A stretch of 39,980 bases of DNA, taken from the NCBI GenBank assembly GCA_000708835.1, contig DF237678.1:1-39980 (forward strand). The letters are read 5' to 3'. The notes under the pieces are model-generated. The model did not search any database. It had not been told where the DNA came from and worked only from the letters and a program-made list of their open reading frames with translations. This document shows, piece after piece, positions 19,971 through 32,185 of this stretch (position 1 is its first letter; each line of letters starts with the position of its first letter). The position numbers and the translations under genes were made by a program. Source of the stretch: Klebsormidium nitens (taxonomy: Eukaryota > Plantae > Klebsormidiophyceae).

Positions 19971-22900
19971 TCAAGCAGGCTTGCCGTTCTCCGTATTCTC
20001 TTCCACTTCCGTTACGGGTGTGGAAACAAGATCCGCGGATCGAGCGGACGGTATGCAATGATCTTGCAACACCTGTTGAGCAAGAAAAGGAAAGGGTTCA
20101 GATGGATAACGCCAGACGGAATGACGATGCCTGCTTTAATATTTGTTTGACCATCGGATCCCTGTTGCTGTTCCATCTATCCAAACTGTCAGTGTGCCAG
20201 TTTTTAAAACATAGTAGGGCAGACTCAATCAATATACATGTCGTGAGAACGGCACAGACTCGCCTACGAGGAGGGAGCAAAAGCATAACTAGAGCGGAGA
20301 AGTGGCCCTTTCCAATACGTAGTGGGTTTTTACAATTGATAAGAAAGTGTTCCCTTTCTTGTTCTTGGATTTCAGCTTATCCAAAGCCTTATCGGCCAAA
20401 GTCAGAGTTGCCCCTAATCAAATGAGTCCCTGGCCAGAACCAGACCCCACAATCACCAACTCGAAGCAAGCAGCTTCAGGCAATTTCAAACGGATCAAGC
20501 AAAGCGAGCGCTGCTTTGGCAGTCTCTTGAGACTGTGGGGCATTCGTACACAGAAACAGAGAGGCGCTGAAGAACTGAAACAGACAGAACGCAACCAGCG
20601 GCATGTGCTGCTCAAAATTGAGAACCACTCTTTCAAAGGCTTCCTCCACACCATTTTTGTACACCTTCCGGACTTGTGTGAAGTAGCATTCCGTTCCGCG
20701 GTTCGAGGCTTCCGGAGCAGAAACGAAAGGACGGAGAACGAACCTGCGCGGTCGCCCTCCGTGCCGCTGCGTTTTCCAGGACAAGCATCTCGTTGTACTC
20801 TAGGTCAAACTTCAGGAACGGGTCTTGACAGCCTGCAGGCACAAAACATTTTAGTCAGCGAAAGTGTCAAATAAAACCTGACTACGTACTTCATGACTTG
20901 GGACAAATACCTGTCTGAGCCTTACGTCAAGAACGGCGACTTACTACCTGGTGATTAAGCTGAGTCTTCGCCACGAATGGTGGATCTTATTTGTTGGATC
21001 TTGAGGTTAATGTATACAGATCGAGACAGAAGCGCAAAAGATTGGGTCCAACTTGCAGCAAAACCACAACGATAGACGCCCTCTTCAAAGCACGACTCAC
21101 AACGACGCCGGCACCCTGCAGTCTACGAGCGACCTCTTCCAGCAGATTAAACGTGCGATGGTCGCCTGCAGTAACTCTGGAAATGACTGGAGCCCATTCC
21201 TAACAACCTCCATTGACCAGGAGCACAGAAAAACGGGCAAACCGAGATTGCCCAGATCCCTTCGTCTCTTGACGAATCTTGTTGCAAAAATCAGCTACGG
21301 AAGAGGGAAGAGATAAAATTTTGGGGGCTAAGGGCTCACTCTCTACCAGCTCGGCCAACTGCTTGATGTTCCGGATCTCAACGCCGTTAAGCCGGATCAC
21401 GACCCGATTGCTCAGGTCCTCGTAACCGATGTTCTCGTCATGTGCTAATACCTGCAGTGGAGGGAAAAGATGGGTTAATTTGCAACCTGAATCCGCCTTT
21501 GCTCTCCTCAAAATGTTTTCACCGTAACACGTGTCGATGGAATCCGACTCAACCTGACGTTTGGCGTGTCAGAAAAGAGAGACACGGCTGATCAAAACCT
21601 TTGAACTCTTGTTCCGACCCGAAACTGCATAGCAGCAATCAGACTTTAATCGCAGACCCAATTGACGTTCCCTGGTCCTCACACTTCCGTGTCCTCCTGC
21701 GCAGCCAGCACTTGCTAACAGTGGTCTTTTACTGAACAAAGCGCTCGTGGTTCAGAAAGGTTCAGATCGTTTGAAGAGTACCATATCCCCTTTCAGATTC
21801 TGTCCCATCGCAACCACGATAAGGGGCGAGCTTCAAAGGACAAAGTCCCAGGTCTCCAGGTCCAGGAAAGAGACTCAGGTCCAAGCACCGAAGCACAATT
21901 CTGATTGAAACAGCAGGTTTTGAGGTCCCGAAGGCTTGTGAAAGCGCAGGCTGGAAAAGGTGGCGCAGCCTAAGATGAAGGCTGACCTGCCCCAGTAGAC
22001 TGATACCTTTTTGGGACATTCTTCAGAAGCGAATTAGAGCAAAGAGGACACAAGACTTGAGTACTCCGAGTTGGGTGGTTCTTAAAGGTTCTGAGAAGAG
22101 TAGAGTCCAACATTCTGGGGATAATTCTAAGAACGCTAGCCTGTGGCATCACGTCATCTTAGTCTGATCCAGCTAGAGCGGAGCCAGGGCTGACAGTAAG
22201 GGTTTTGTGATGCGGAAAACCGAGAACTCTCAGCTTCCTCCTCACTGTCATTTTCCACCACCAGAAAAGCTTGTAAAAACCCCTGGGTTCGGGCGGCTTG
22301 CAAAAGTGTCCTGGAAACGCTCACCTGGGACAACACGACTACTTGCTCGTCGTCGCTGCGCGCCATGCCGTGCAGCATCCGGTCGAGAAGCTTTACCTGC
22401 AACAACCGAACCAAGTCTCAACGGTTGACTCGAGAAAGTTGAATCTATCACGCATCCGGGTTAAGTCCGAACTGACTTGCGTTTTTGGCATCGTCAGTCC
22501 GACGTGTCGATGTTTCCACTCCGTGTGTCTTTGGGACACAACCTTTTTGGGTCGAAGGTTGGGCTCGTCGACTCAAAAAGGTTACCTAGAGTGACTAGGT
22601 AGCGATTTGAGACTTGACCTCTCCTCTCGCTCAAGTGGAACCATACTTGTGGTGCTTCCAGAATTGCTTGATTTAAGACTGGAAAGTACGCTACTCTCCA
22701 ACCTCAACGATAAGTAAGGAAGTTTAGCGTGGGGGTGAGGATGGATTAGCCCCGCACCCAAAGTGCTCCGCTTACCAAAAGTCGTCCACGTTAGCTGGCC
22801 AGGCTTTGCAGCTACCATTGAACGTCCTCTTTTTCCAAGCTAAAGATGTAAGACTGTCGACGACGCACCGCAGAGGACGATGAGATGAACAGGGATTGAA

Positions 22901-25900
22901 AGACTGAAAAACTGATAGGAGGATGCCGCCGCTTACTGGTGTATCGTAATCGTAGTCGCTTCCATACTCAGACTCTAGGTACGGTTGGCAAACCGGCGTG
23001 AAGACGAGTCCCGCAATGATGAAGTAAGAAGGGTTCTTTCCGAAGATGTGTACTGGCACCTGTAGTCATACGGACCGAACGAAATGTCTATCTAAATGAC
23101 GCGCGTATGATCGGGCATCCCAGAAAAGCAAACTTGGCATGCAAGGATGGATTGTCCGAGCACTCCGTCAATCAGCGCTTGGGCTTTAGAGCCCCTTGAT
23201 TGCCTTGGACACGTTAAAAGGCTCGTTATGTTCGACTGAGCGGAAGACAGGAGAGTTTGGAACTGCTTGCTGGATTCTTGGAAAGAATCTAACGGCGGCG
23301 AATCTATTCTAGTTGCTTCCAGAGCAAGCGCGGGCATTTATCAAGTAGACAAACCCGTTGAGACTTGCAATCAGACTCGATTTGGAGACACGAGTTTGTG
23401 TTCAGAGACGGACTTCGTGCACGAGAGAATGACACAAAACACCATGCTGGAATGACTCCGAGATTGGCCCGACACAACTATCGAGTAACACAACGTCCCG
23501 TGCAACAGTCGAACCTTCCAACGCTTTGAGTGATTTTCATTGCCCAACGTCAATCTCCTCTCTTTGTCTGAAGACCATCAGCGCATTCCTCTTTCACACT
23601 GTTATCGTACACGCGTTCAAGACTCGTACTAGAATCTAAATTGAAGCACCACTTCCTGGATTCAGCAAGGTTGTTGAATTCATAACGACATCGTCTGCAG
23701 CTCACCAGTCTTTTGGGTATTCTTAATCGCACGTCCACGTCCACCTCCTCCCCTTGTCTCGACACCCGCAGCGTCGCCGTCTCACTCGTGTATTTTTGAC
23801 TAACCAAGTAACCGAACGATATCCGCTCCCCCGACCGGAACGGCACGGTTCCGTCGTTTGCAATCGGAATTCCGTCGAAGCTCAGGATGACGTCGCCCTG
23901 CACAAGAAAGATGAATGAGAGATTACAAACTAATGGCGATTCGCGAAGAGTCGTGTATCCAACGGTGTTCAAGTACCCATCAAGTACAAGAGACTATCCG
24001 CTTCCTCGAGCAGAGTGACATGGTGCGGTCTTTGACTGGGATGCTATCGTCTCCCATCAGAGTTAGTTTCGCCTGTGCACTTCAGGGGTCCAAAACAAGA
24101 AGCTAACACTTCCGTGACTTCTACTTAGGCTCAAGGAACCCCTTTGAGACGCCTCCTCATCAAACAACGAAACCGCAGCAAACTTTCTCTGCTTCAAAAA
24201 ATGACTCGGAAACGAGAGATCTGCTACCCAATCTCCAAGCAGCGAACTCTTCAGTTGCTTTCCGCGCCCCTACGACTGCCGTAACAGAAGACTAACCGGT
24301 GGCCCAAAAAGATTCAGAGATTGAGACATCGCCCAACTTCTTGGCAAGGTCGTATGCAGACAAGATCGGCTCACTCCTTCTAGCGAGCACCCTCCTGAAA
24401 TCCTTGAATTACACAAGGACTGGCCGCAAAAACGGATAACTTTATAGCTTCAGAGCCTTTGCACGTTCAACAGCCCCTCACCTCTTTGAAAACGTTGTAA
24501 GCAAACGAAACAAGCTCCTATCTCCGGATAAGCACTCCCTTCCGGTCGTTCAGTAACCCCAGCTACAGTCACAACACGAAAACCCAAACAACTTTCACCA
24601 CCCTCACCTCCTTGAGCACGTTGTAGGCAAACGAAGTCGGCTCCAGTCTCCGTATCAGCACTCCTTTTTGATCATTCCGCAGCCCCAGCGACTGCCGAAG
24701 CGCTGGCGACTCCATTCGCTGCCACGCAATGCCTAGCGCCGGAAAACCCGTGTACTGCCCGTTCCGCTCGAAGTCGGTTAAGAAGTGGTTGATGACGGGG
24801 GTTGGGATGACGTAACCGATGTTTTCTGCGTCCTCCGACTTGAGCGACTGGAAGGCGATGCCGACGCACTCCCCCCGGGAGTTGAACGCGGGCCCGCCGC
24901 TGTTACCTGCGAGTTGAAGAGTTCGTTACCTCAACAGTAAAAATGAGTCCGGTAATAGATCACAACTCGAATCTCGACAGAGCACCTTACCTTGGGAATC
25001 GAATGCGGGCCCGCCGCTGTTACCTGCGGGTTAAAAAGCCTGTTAGCTTAACCATGAAAGCATTATGAAAGTATCACACTATCGACTCTGTCGACTGAGC
25101 ACTCCCCCCGGAAGGTGGGGCTGCCGCTGTTATTTGCGGGGTGCAAATCTCGTTGGCTTAACAAGAGAATCGAGACGCGATCTAAGTTAGCGACTCTTTC
25201 TATGGAGTGACTTTCCCAAGAGTTGACGACGGGGCGGCGGCTGTCATCTGCGGGTTGAGATTCTTGTTAGCTCAACCACGACAAACGTCGTTTATTCCAG
25301 TGTGAGAGCAGCGGCTCTGCGTTCCTTCCCCAGAAGCTGGTCGGCCCTGATTCGTTACGGATTGGGGTGAGAGGTCGTCAGATAGGTACGCTTCATCCGT
25401 CTGTAACAAGGAACATCACGACTCGTCTCCTTAGAGTCTGCTTGTGAAGTCGACAAAGTACAATCGGCGTAAGAACGTCCTTAGCAGCTGGTCAAGACGT
25501 TCTTGACGGGGGTCACGTTCCAAGCCCTCTCGCAACAAGATGCAGGCTCGCAAAACTGTCAATGGATTGCGGGGTTGCAGTCGGCCGCGATTTGGTTGCT
25601 GGGACATCTAGTCGCAGCGCGGCGGTGCCGTACAAACGGAAGTGGGCACTGGTTGTCAAAGAAACTGAGCTCAAAAGCGACTGAAGCTACTGAATTTCAG
25701 ATTGAAGACAGTCCTTTGCAAAATAACCATAGCCAGCGTTCTGTGTTCCAAGCGTTGTAAAGAAATACTTTTGAGGTGAGAGCATTTACTTCCGGAGCGG
25801 TATCATATTCGCTGGACATCATACTTGGATATATTTTCCCCAAGCTTAATGCTGGTAAGCCCAGACGATGACAAGCCTACGACCGACCACTGAGAGAGGA

Positions 25901-28900
25901 AACAACAGGAGGACACAAGGCAAGTCGCACGATATCACGAGAAAGTCGAGTCAGGGGTGCGACAAGAAAGAGAATGATGATAGAAGAACCGAAGTGAGAC
26001 ATAAGACTTTACCTGAGTTGATGGCCGCATCGATCTGCACCCCGAGCAGCTCAGTCGACCCATGCACGTAGCTAGTCACCTCGATTCGCGATACGACGCC
26101 GCTCGTCACCGAGATCGTGTCGCCCCCGATCGGATACCCGACAACGGTTACTCCATCCTGCAAAGGAGGAAGGCAACGATTCAGGGTCAGGTCGTAAACT
26201 GAATTCGGGATACGGCGCCGCTCGTAACAAAGGTGATGTTCTACCCTGTGGAAGCCTGATGATCCGACGACGATTACTCCTTCATGAAAGGTCGAAACGC
26301 ACTCCGGTCAAACATAGGTCGGTAGTCTCTTAATGTGCAGGATGGCTCCGTGGGTCACAGAGATGGTGTTCCCCAGGCCAATCGGTATTGGATCGGACAA
26401 CTGTTGCTCCGTCCTGACTAGAAGGAAAAGTGCTTAGAGCAAACTCAGGTACTAAGTCACTTCGATCTGCGAAACAGCTCTGCTTCTTATTGAATTGAAT
26501 CTTTCCCAATGGAGTATCTGACGAGTCTCTCCGGACTGAGCAAAAGGTAGGCAATACATTCAATCTGCAAGCCATTCTGCAACAGGACTCCGCTCATTAC
26601 TGAAAAGGTGTCCTCCCCGACTGAATATCCAACGACTCTTGGTTTATCCTGAGGAGAAGGAAGAATGAAAGACCGAGCCCAGGTCACTCGTTCGACTGAT
26701 TACCAGTGCGACCATTCATCAGAAAACTCGTGTCCCTCGTCAGCCCAACCTGAACGGCAGTCAAGCAACGCACGTGCCGTCCTTCTGTTTGTCACTGACG
26801 GGCGCAATAAGAAAGCACTTGCGGACTAAGAAACCCGACCATAGCAGATGCAATGACCAGCGTTGGAAAGCCTGGAGGATTCAAAGACTGGCAAGGAGCG
26901 GGATGGCCTGGATGCGCATAGAAAACCTGCTCGTCAAGATACTGTCAAAGTGTTAAAATACAGAGGGAGACCGAGCTCGAGTTATATTTGCTCCTTACTC
27001 CCTTTGCCATATGATCGCGCACGTCTACAACGCCTGATGCCCTCATTAAACACTCTCAGCATCGACTGAGCGTCCCAGAACAAACTCGGGAAAAGCAACC
27101 GTAGAAGTTTTGCTGTCTTCCATTTCACGGCTTACTAGCAAAAGGCTCAGCGTCTTGAACATGTGCAAAACCGTGTTTGCATCCTCGTCTAAGTCGTCTC
27201 AGCCTCCGCAGTGTGTTCACAATGCATGGAAGCTTGTAAGCATTGCTGACAACTGTTCTGAATCCCTGCGTGCTTACAGGCTCGTAGACCCTGATAAAGA
27301 AAGCTCATCCTGATACTCGCAATGACCGGATGTAAAAACCAAATCAATTTAGAAACTCGGCTTTAGATCATGACAGGTGACCTTATCTTGGACCAACATT
27401 CAAGTCCTGAAACATCGAAGCATGCGGAAGGTCAGAGCAACAGCTGCTCTCCATATACCGTCCAGCCAGGAAGCCAACCTTGTTTGCCAGCGAAGCCGGG
27501 GTGTTATCAGCATTTGTGGTTGGTCGCCGAAATTACGGGCGACCACAAAACATGACGAAATTTGCACACGAATCTCAACGCCCCAAGCTCACGCTGCATC
27601 TTTTGTTTACTCTTTTTGCTCAGTCATACTACGCGGGATCGATCGCTCATTGAAGCCAACCCGTGACAAACACATCCCGGCGAAAACGGCTTGACAGCTA
27701 TGACTTCGGCTGGGGGCGCACCCCCAGAACGGCAGGCACAAGAGCAATGGCTGGCACCAAATCTACTGAACCCTTGGCAGAATTTCAAAGCACCCAAACA
27801 TCAGCACCAGCTGCCTCAGATCCGCTCGCTTAGGCGCAACCTGCTCTGTGAGAGCGGATCAGCCAGTCGAGCAACGGGCTTTGACGTCAACAATTGGGTA
27901 AGCCCCTGCTAAGCCAAAAAATGCCTTTCTGCAATCTGAATGCCACGTTGAAAGGGAAATCGCATTGGACAGGCGAATCCTGGCAACACAAATTGCGAGA
28001 ACACTAGAAAGCTGTTTTCTAGGTTTTCAATGTCATCCACAATACGTTGACTGTGTTGATCTCAAGCCATGGATGGGAACGTCTCAGACTTTTTGGTAAG
28101 AAGATCTTGTAACCGTGTGTTCAGAGAAACCTAACGTATTCAAGCAAAACTTTGACAGAAAAGGTTATGTAGGAGAACCTTAGCCTTATACAGTAGGGCT
28201 TCAGAGAGCCACGCAGCTGGCTATGAGCAATACACTCACCTGAACTGCTTCATTGCCCTATAGCATCTCGACAACAGCTGATGAAGCAGACTCGGACGAT
28301 TTTTGCAACAAAGCTTCAAAGTGCTGAACGTAGCCTTCAAAAGTCCTCTGCTTTGATCCGCTGCCAGTCATCTCAGCTCTTGCATTCACACAGGTCGAGA
28401 CGAAGCTTGAAGAACAGTCAATGGGCGGTATCCAGTAACCGTTCCACAAAAACCAGCAATACTTGCGCAATATGTGGTGTCGGCAAATTTCCCACAATGA
28501 CAAACACCAGTAAAGTGAGCAGCACTATAGAGTGAGACGAAACGGAGCCGCTTACCTGCAGCCGCGGCAAGCTTCCGAAGTTGAGCGGCTCGACATCCCG
28601 CCAAAACGCCTCGTCTTCCACAGTCAACAGTGCAATGTCGCACTCTGTCCCGATCGCCAACACCGTTGCAACGAACTTGGTGTCGTCACCCCGTCGCTTT
28701 ACCTTCACCTGCAACGCTCAGTATGGCACGTATGGCTCAGTATGGTACCTCTGACAAATCTCGAAAAGGAAGGACGAGATAACATCAAGACTCCAATTTC
28801 AAGCTGCTCCAACAGTTTGTCGCGGACTAATGGACGGGTCAATGTGGTATTCCTGCGCGGATCGGGCACAAGCTTCTCATAGAAAACCAGCCGTAAGAGG

Positions 28901-30893
28901 ACTCGCTTTGCTTGGGGTTTGGCAATGCCCTGTCGTAAATCGGAGCTTCATTGGCCTGTAGGCCCGTAAGAGTAACAAACAAATACCGCGAGTGTGAAAC
29001 GCGCCTTCTGAACATTTCGAATTTCTGGAGCCACTTTAGCGTGGCTCTTACCCACAACGAACGCCGCATCCTAGCCCCGACTATAAGCTTCAGCCTGCCA
29101 AGGTAACACCCAAACTTCGAGCTTCCGCCTACCTCCCCAAATCCAAGGACATTTGCTTAGTCATATACCAGATTGGAGCTCAGAGTAGAAACCTCTGCTC
29201 TCTCGAAACCCATACTCTGGATCCTGGCACAAGTCTGAACAATCAGGTCTGTCCTGAACGAAGCTGCACCATCCTTAGAATATGGTCGATGATTGGCGTA
29301 CCTGTGTGTGATGTTCTACGCAATGCGCGTTTGTCAGCACTCGCCGCCCTGCGCACATGAACCCGGACCCCGTCGACGAGTATTGCCGCTTCTTTTGCCA
29401 AGGGAGGGAGTAGTTTGGCTCTGTGTGGGTGCAGTAGACCTGCAAATGATGTGATCTAATCTAGGCGTCTCCTGTGCTAGAAGCCCCACAGAAAGAGCAA
29501 TCGTTGAGTGGGTGAATACAACCGCTTCCCCAAACACAGGCCAGTCCCCCTGACGTCAGCGGCGCACAGTGGTTTTTAGTCACCCAGCGCATCTGCCTGT
29601 GTGACGTCAACTTTGAAGATCTAGCTAGCGCCCAATTTCTAGCTAGTGCCCAACCTGCGCAGCGTGCGGAAAGAGGGAAAAAGATGCCAAGTTTTGACTG
29701 CTTGCTTTGGGAGCGCACTTAACATTTGCGCCACAAGTTTTTGTGGGCCCATCTTGGATCGGAAGAACAACGAGTCCGGATGGTATATAAAGACAACGCC
29801 CTCTTTAAGTGCTGTAGAAGGTCAGCGTGGAACATGTCTTGACATTCTCTTGGCCAGAAAAGTACTTGACGACATGCAGAGATATGGTCCACAGTGATTT
29901 TGTCCCCATAATTGCGCTCCAGACTGGGATGACCACAAGTACAGCTGGCGTTGCATACACACCCCCAATGGTTTTGTAACGGAAGACTGGAAAAATTCTG
30001 GAAATTTCCAATATCTTTATGAACCTCAGGGTTTCCATTCGTTAGGAAAGCCTTTTCTCAAGTGTTGTGTGATGGACTTGGCTTATGCGTCACAACAAAA
30101 TCTGTCAAACCCCGCATCATCACCCTCAAACTTCACCGGCGCATTCATCAAGGCTCACCCGCAGCCAAATCCTGCTCAAATGTCCGACACTTTCCAATCT
30201 TTTTTTCTGTCTTTACTCACTGTTACAGCCCAGCACCACCATCTTCAATCCCACCTCAAACAAAATTCAAACCCCTTAATTTAAACACTGGGGCGTCCGC
30301 CACCAGTTCTTCCTCCGGCTCTTTCTGATACTCCAACATTCTCAACCTAACCCAAAATCTAGGAAACCCCTGAAGATAACCATACGTCTGTAGACCTACA
30401 TCTTACCTTCAAAGACAAGGACTAAATGCCCAGAGGCCTAACCTGGACCACCACCCTCATCAACTGCCAAACAACCAATTACAACTCTTTCTGCAGCAAA
30501 CCCTCTCAAAGTCCAACTGGCCATATTCCCGTTCATCACTATTGTCCGACAAAGCCAAACCCCGTATCCTTAACCCGCCTTTCACCGAGCCGCACTTACC
30601 TTAACAACTGCGTCCATGAACGGGGCGTCCGCCACTAGCTCCTCCTCAAACTCCTCTTCAAACTCCCACGTCCGCTCGGCCCCCTTCGACCGCTTTTCCC
30701 CCCGCTCTTTTACCCCCTCTTTCAACCCCCCCTTTCCGGCGTGCGCCCGGTCACCCTCTCTTTTCTTCGTGTGTGGCCTCTGCCATTCGCCGCCCGGCTG
30801 AGACGGGCTCATACTAGTTAGCGACGTGCTTGCGTTGGGGCGCAGCGACTTGTCCCGTGAGTCTGAAGGCTGCAGCCGCTTTGAGGCCTGCAT
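19971..30893 (-). CDS. DEG9: Deg/HtrA family serine protease, DEG9-like (trypsin domain plus two PDZ-type domains), 11 exons, ~572 aa
   Basis: Exons 30893-30600, 29439-29302, 28708-28556, 26157-26013, 24906-24608, 23897-23706, 23059-22937, 22396-22325, 21451-21340, 20832-20744, 20072-19971 join in frame. Triad motifs are [15 protein letters not shown] and [39 protein letters not shown] and PYLESEYG match plant DEG9 better than DEG2 as I recall them. The N-terminus is basic and charged (KKR), not transit-peptide-like. The start codon could be 30893 or 30812. Confidence 0.9.
24482..24562 (-). pseudogene. 81-nt pseudo-exon duplicating the 3' end of DEG9 exon 5, with an in-frame TAG
   Basis: Translates [26 protein letters not shown] versus native [27 protein letters not shown]. 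The GAG|GTGAGG donor is kept and a TGTAG lies just upstream. Confidence 0.8.
24985..25280 (-). repeat. Ladder of ~110-117-bp tandem copies of the DEG9 exon-5 acceptor and GNSGGP coding start
   Basis: Plus-strand GCGGGCCCGCCGCTGTTACCTGCG occurs at the real junction (~24888-24911) and at 25004-25028. More decayed GGGGCTGCCGCTGTTATTTGCGG (~25117-25139) and GGGGCGGCGGCTGTCATCTGCGG (~25231-25253) follow, each with the intronic GTTA(G/C)CT(T/C)AAC-like tract. Confidence 0.9.
26240..26651 (-). pseudogene. Decayed copies of DEG9 exon 4 in intron 3, one nearly full length
   Basis: From the acceptor at 26651-26649: [22 protein letters not shown]...IECIAY versus native [31 protein letters not shown] second copy starts at 26413 (DGATVV, then frameshifted GNTISVTHG) and a third remnant lies near 26285. 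Confidence 0.8.
30282..30335 (-). repeat. Decayed copy of part of DEG9 exon 1 within intron 1
   Basis: GGGGCGTCCGCCACCAGTTCTTCCTCC matches exon-1 GGGGCGTCCGCCACTAGCTCCTCCTC (~30622-30647). Confidence 0.65.
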
Positions 30894-32185
30894 GGGACAA
30901 TCTTGGATTAGTACTAATAAGACGGTTTGCTTTTAACGCATGGGAGGAGCGGAGTGTTTTTGGGGCACTGTTTGTAATGCTGCTTGAAAAAAAAGACGGG
31001 GAATCCATTATACGAATACAGCAAGTATGCGCCGGTGAAATCTTTCAGAATTGGAGTAAAGAATTGAGGAGTGGTACAAAAAGCGTATGGTTGCAAAATT
31101 GGCGTAATGTCCGCAAGGCTGTTGCCAAACAAAAGATTCAAGGACCAAACGGAGCTCCACTCTCAGTAAAATTCTAATCTTGGTGTCTTCTGCCTGACGG
31201 TGACCACAATTCGAATCTGCTGAACCCAAGAGAGAAGGCACTTTGCAGGGAGTCAATCAGAGGCCCAGACAGCTTTGAAGAAATGACATGAACCGAGGTC
31301 AAATAATGAGCGACGCACTTGGAGCAGAAATTACAATTCTAGCATAAGCCGCAGTTTTTTTGCGGAGGACAAAAGTAAGCCACTGGCTACAAACGGAAAG
31401 CGATTCAGTGCTGTTGAAGAAAGGTAGAAGACTACTCTTCACAAGCTGCCTAAGATATAAGCTGGCTAACCAAGAAGCAAGTCAGGTCTATCAAAGCTGA
31501 CAAAGCGCTTCGAGAGTTCACTCCTTGATGTCGAGTAAAACGACCAACCTTGCTTTCAAAACGAGCCACTCTGATCATTTGAGAAGAATCCTGTGAAACC
31601 CTGACTCCTTGCTTTCCACACCACTGCATTGTACACATCTGCTTTTGCCCTGATTATGACACCTTTGGCAGAAGACTCCTTCTACATTTTGGATGCACAG
31701 CTCTTCCATTGCAGCATTTTCCAGAAAGGCCTTAAGGGGGCACTCTTGGTAATGGTGAACTGCTTAATCACGGCAGTGACAGCGCTGGCTGAATTTACTC
31801 ACCATCCCTGGGAGGCCCTCAAGTCCAAATCCCGAGTGCTTCAACAGCCGGCCGCCGGGAGCCCCGAACAGTGCATCACTTTTCAGCAGGCTCGGCGCGC
31901 ACTTCCGCTGTGCAATAAACCCGGCTATACCACCACCGGCGGTAGAAAGACAAGTTTTGCGGGGTGACCGAGCTGCTGCTCTCTGGAAAAATTGTCTGCA
32001 GCCGCCCAGTCGAAGCAGCGTCGTGTGCGCCCCGAGGGCGGACATAACTACGAAATTGCAGAAGGCGAGCAGCCTATCAATGACATGTAGGACAGCCTTT
32101 GGAACCAGAAGAGACGGCCGCAAAAGATCCAACTTGTCAGAAGCTGACAACCTGTTTACACCTTTAAAAACTTCTGCAAGGCTAT

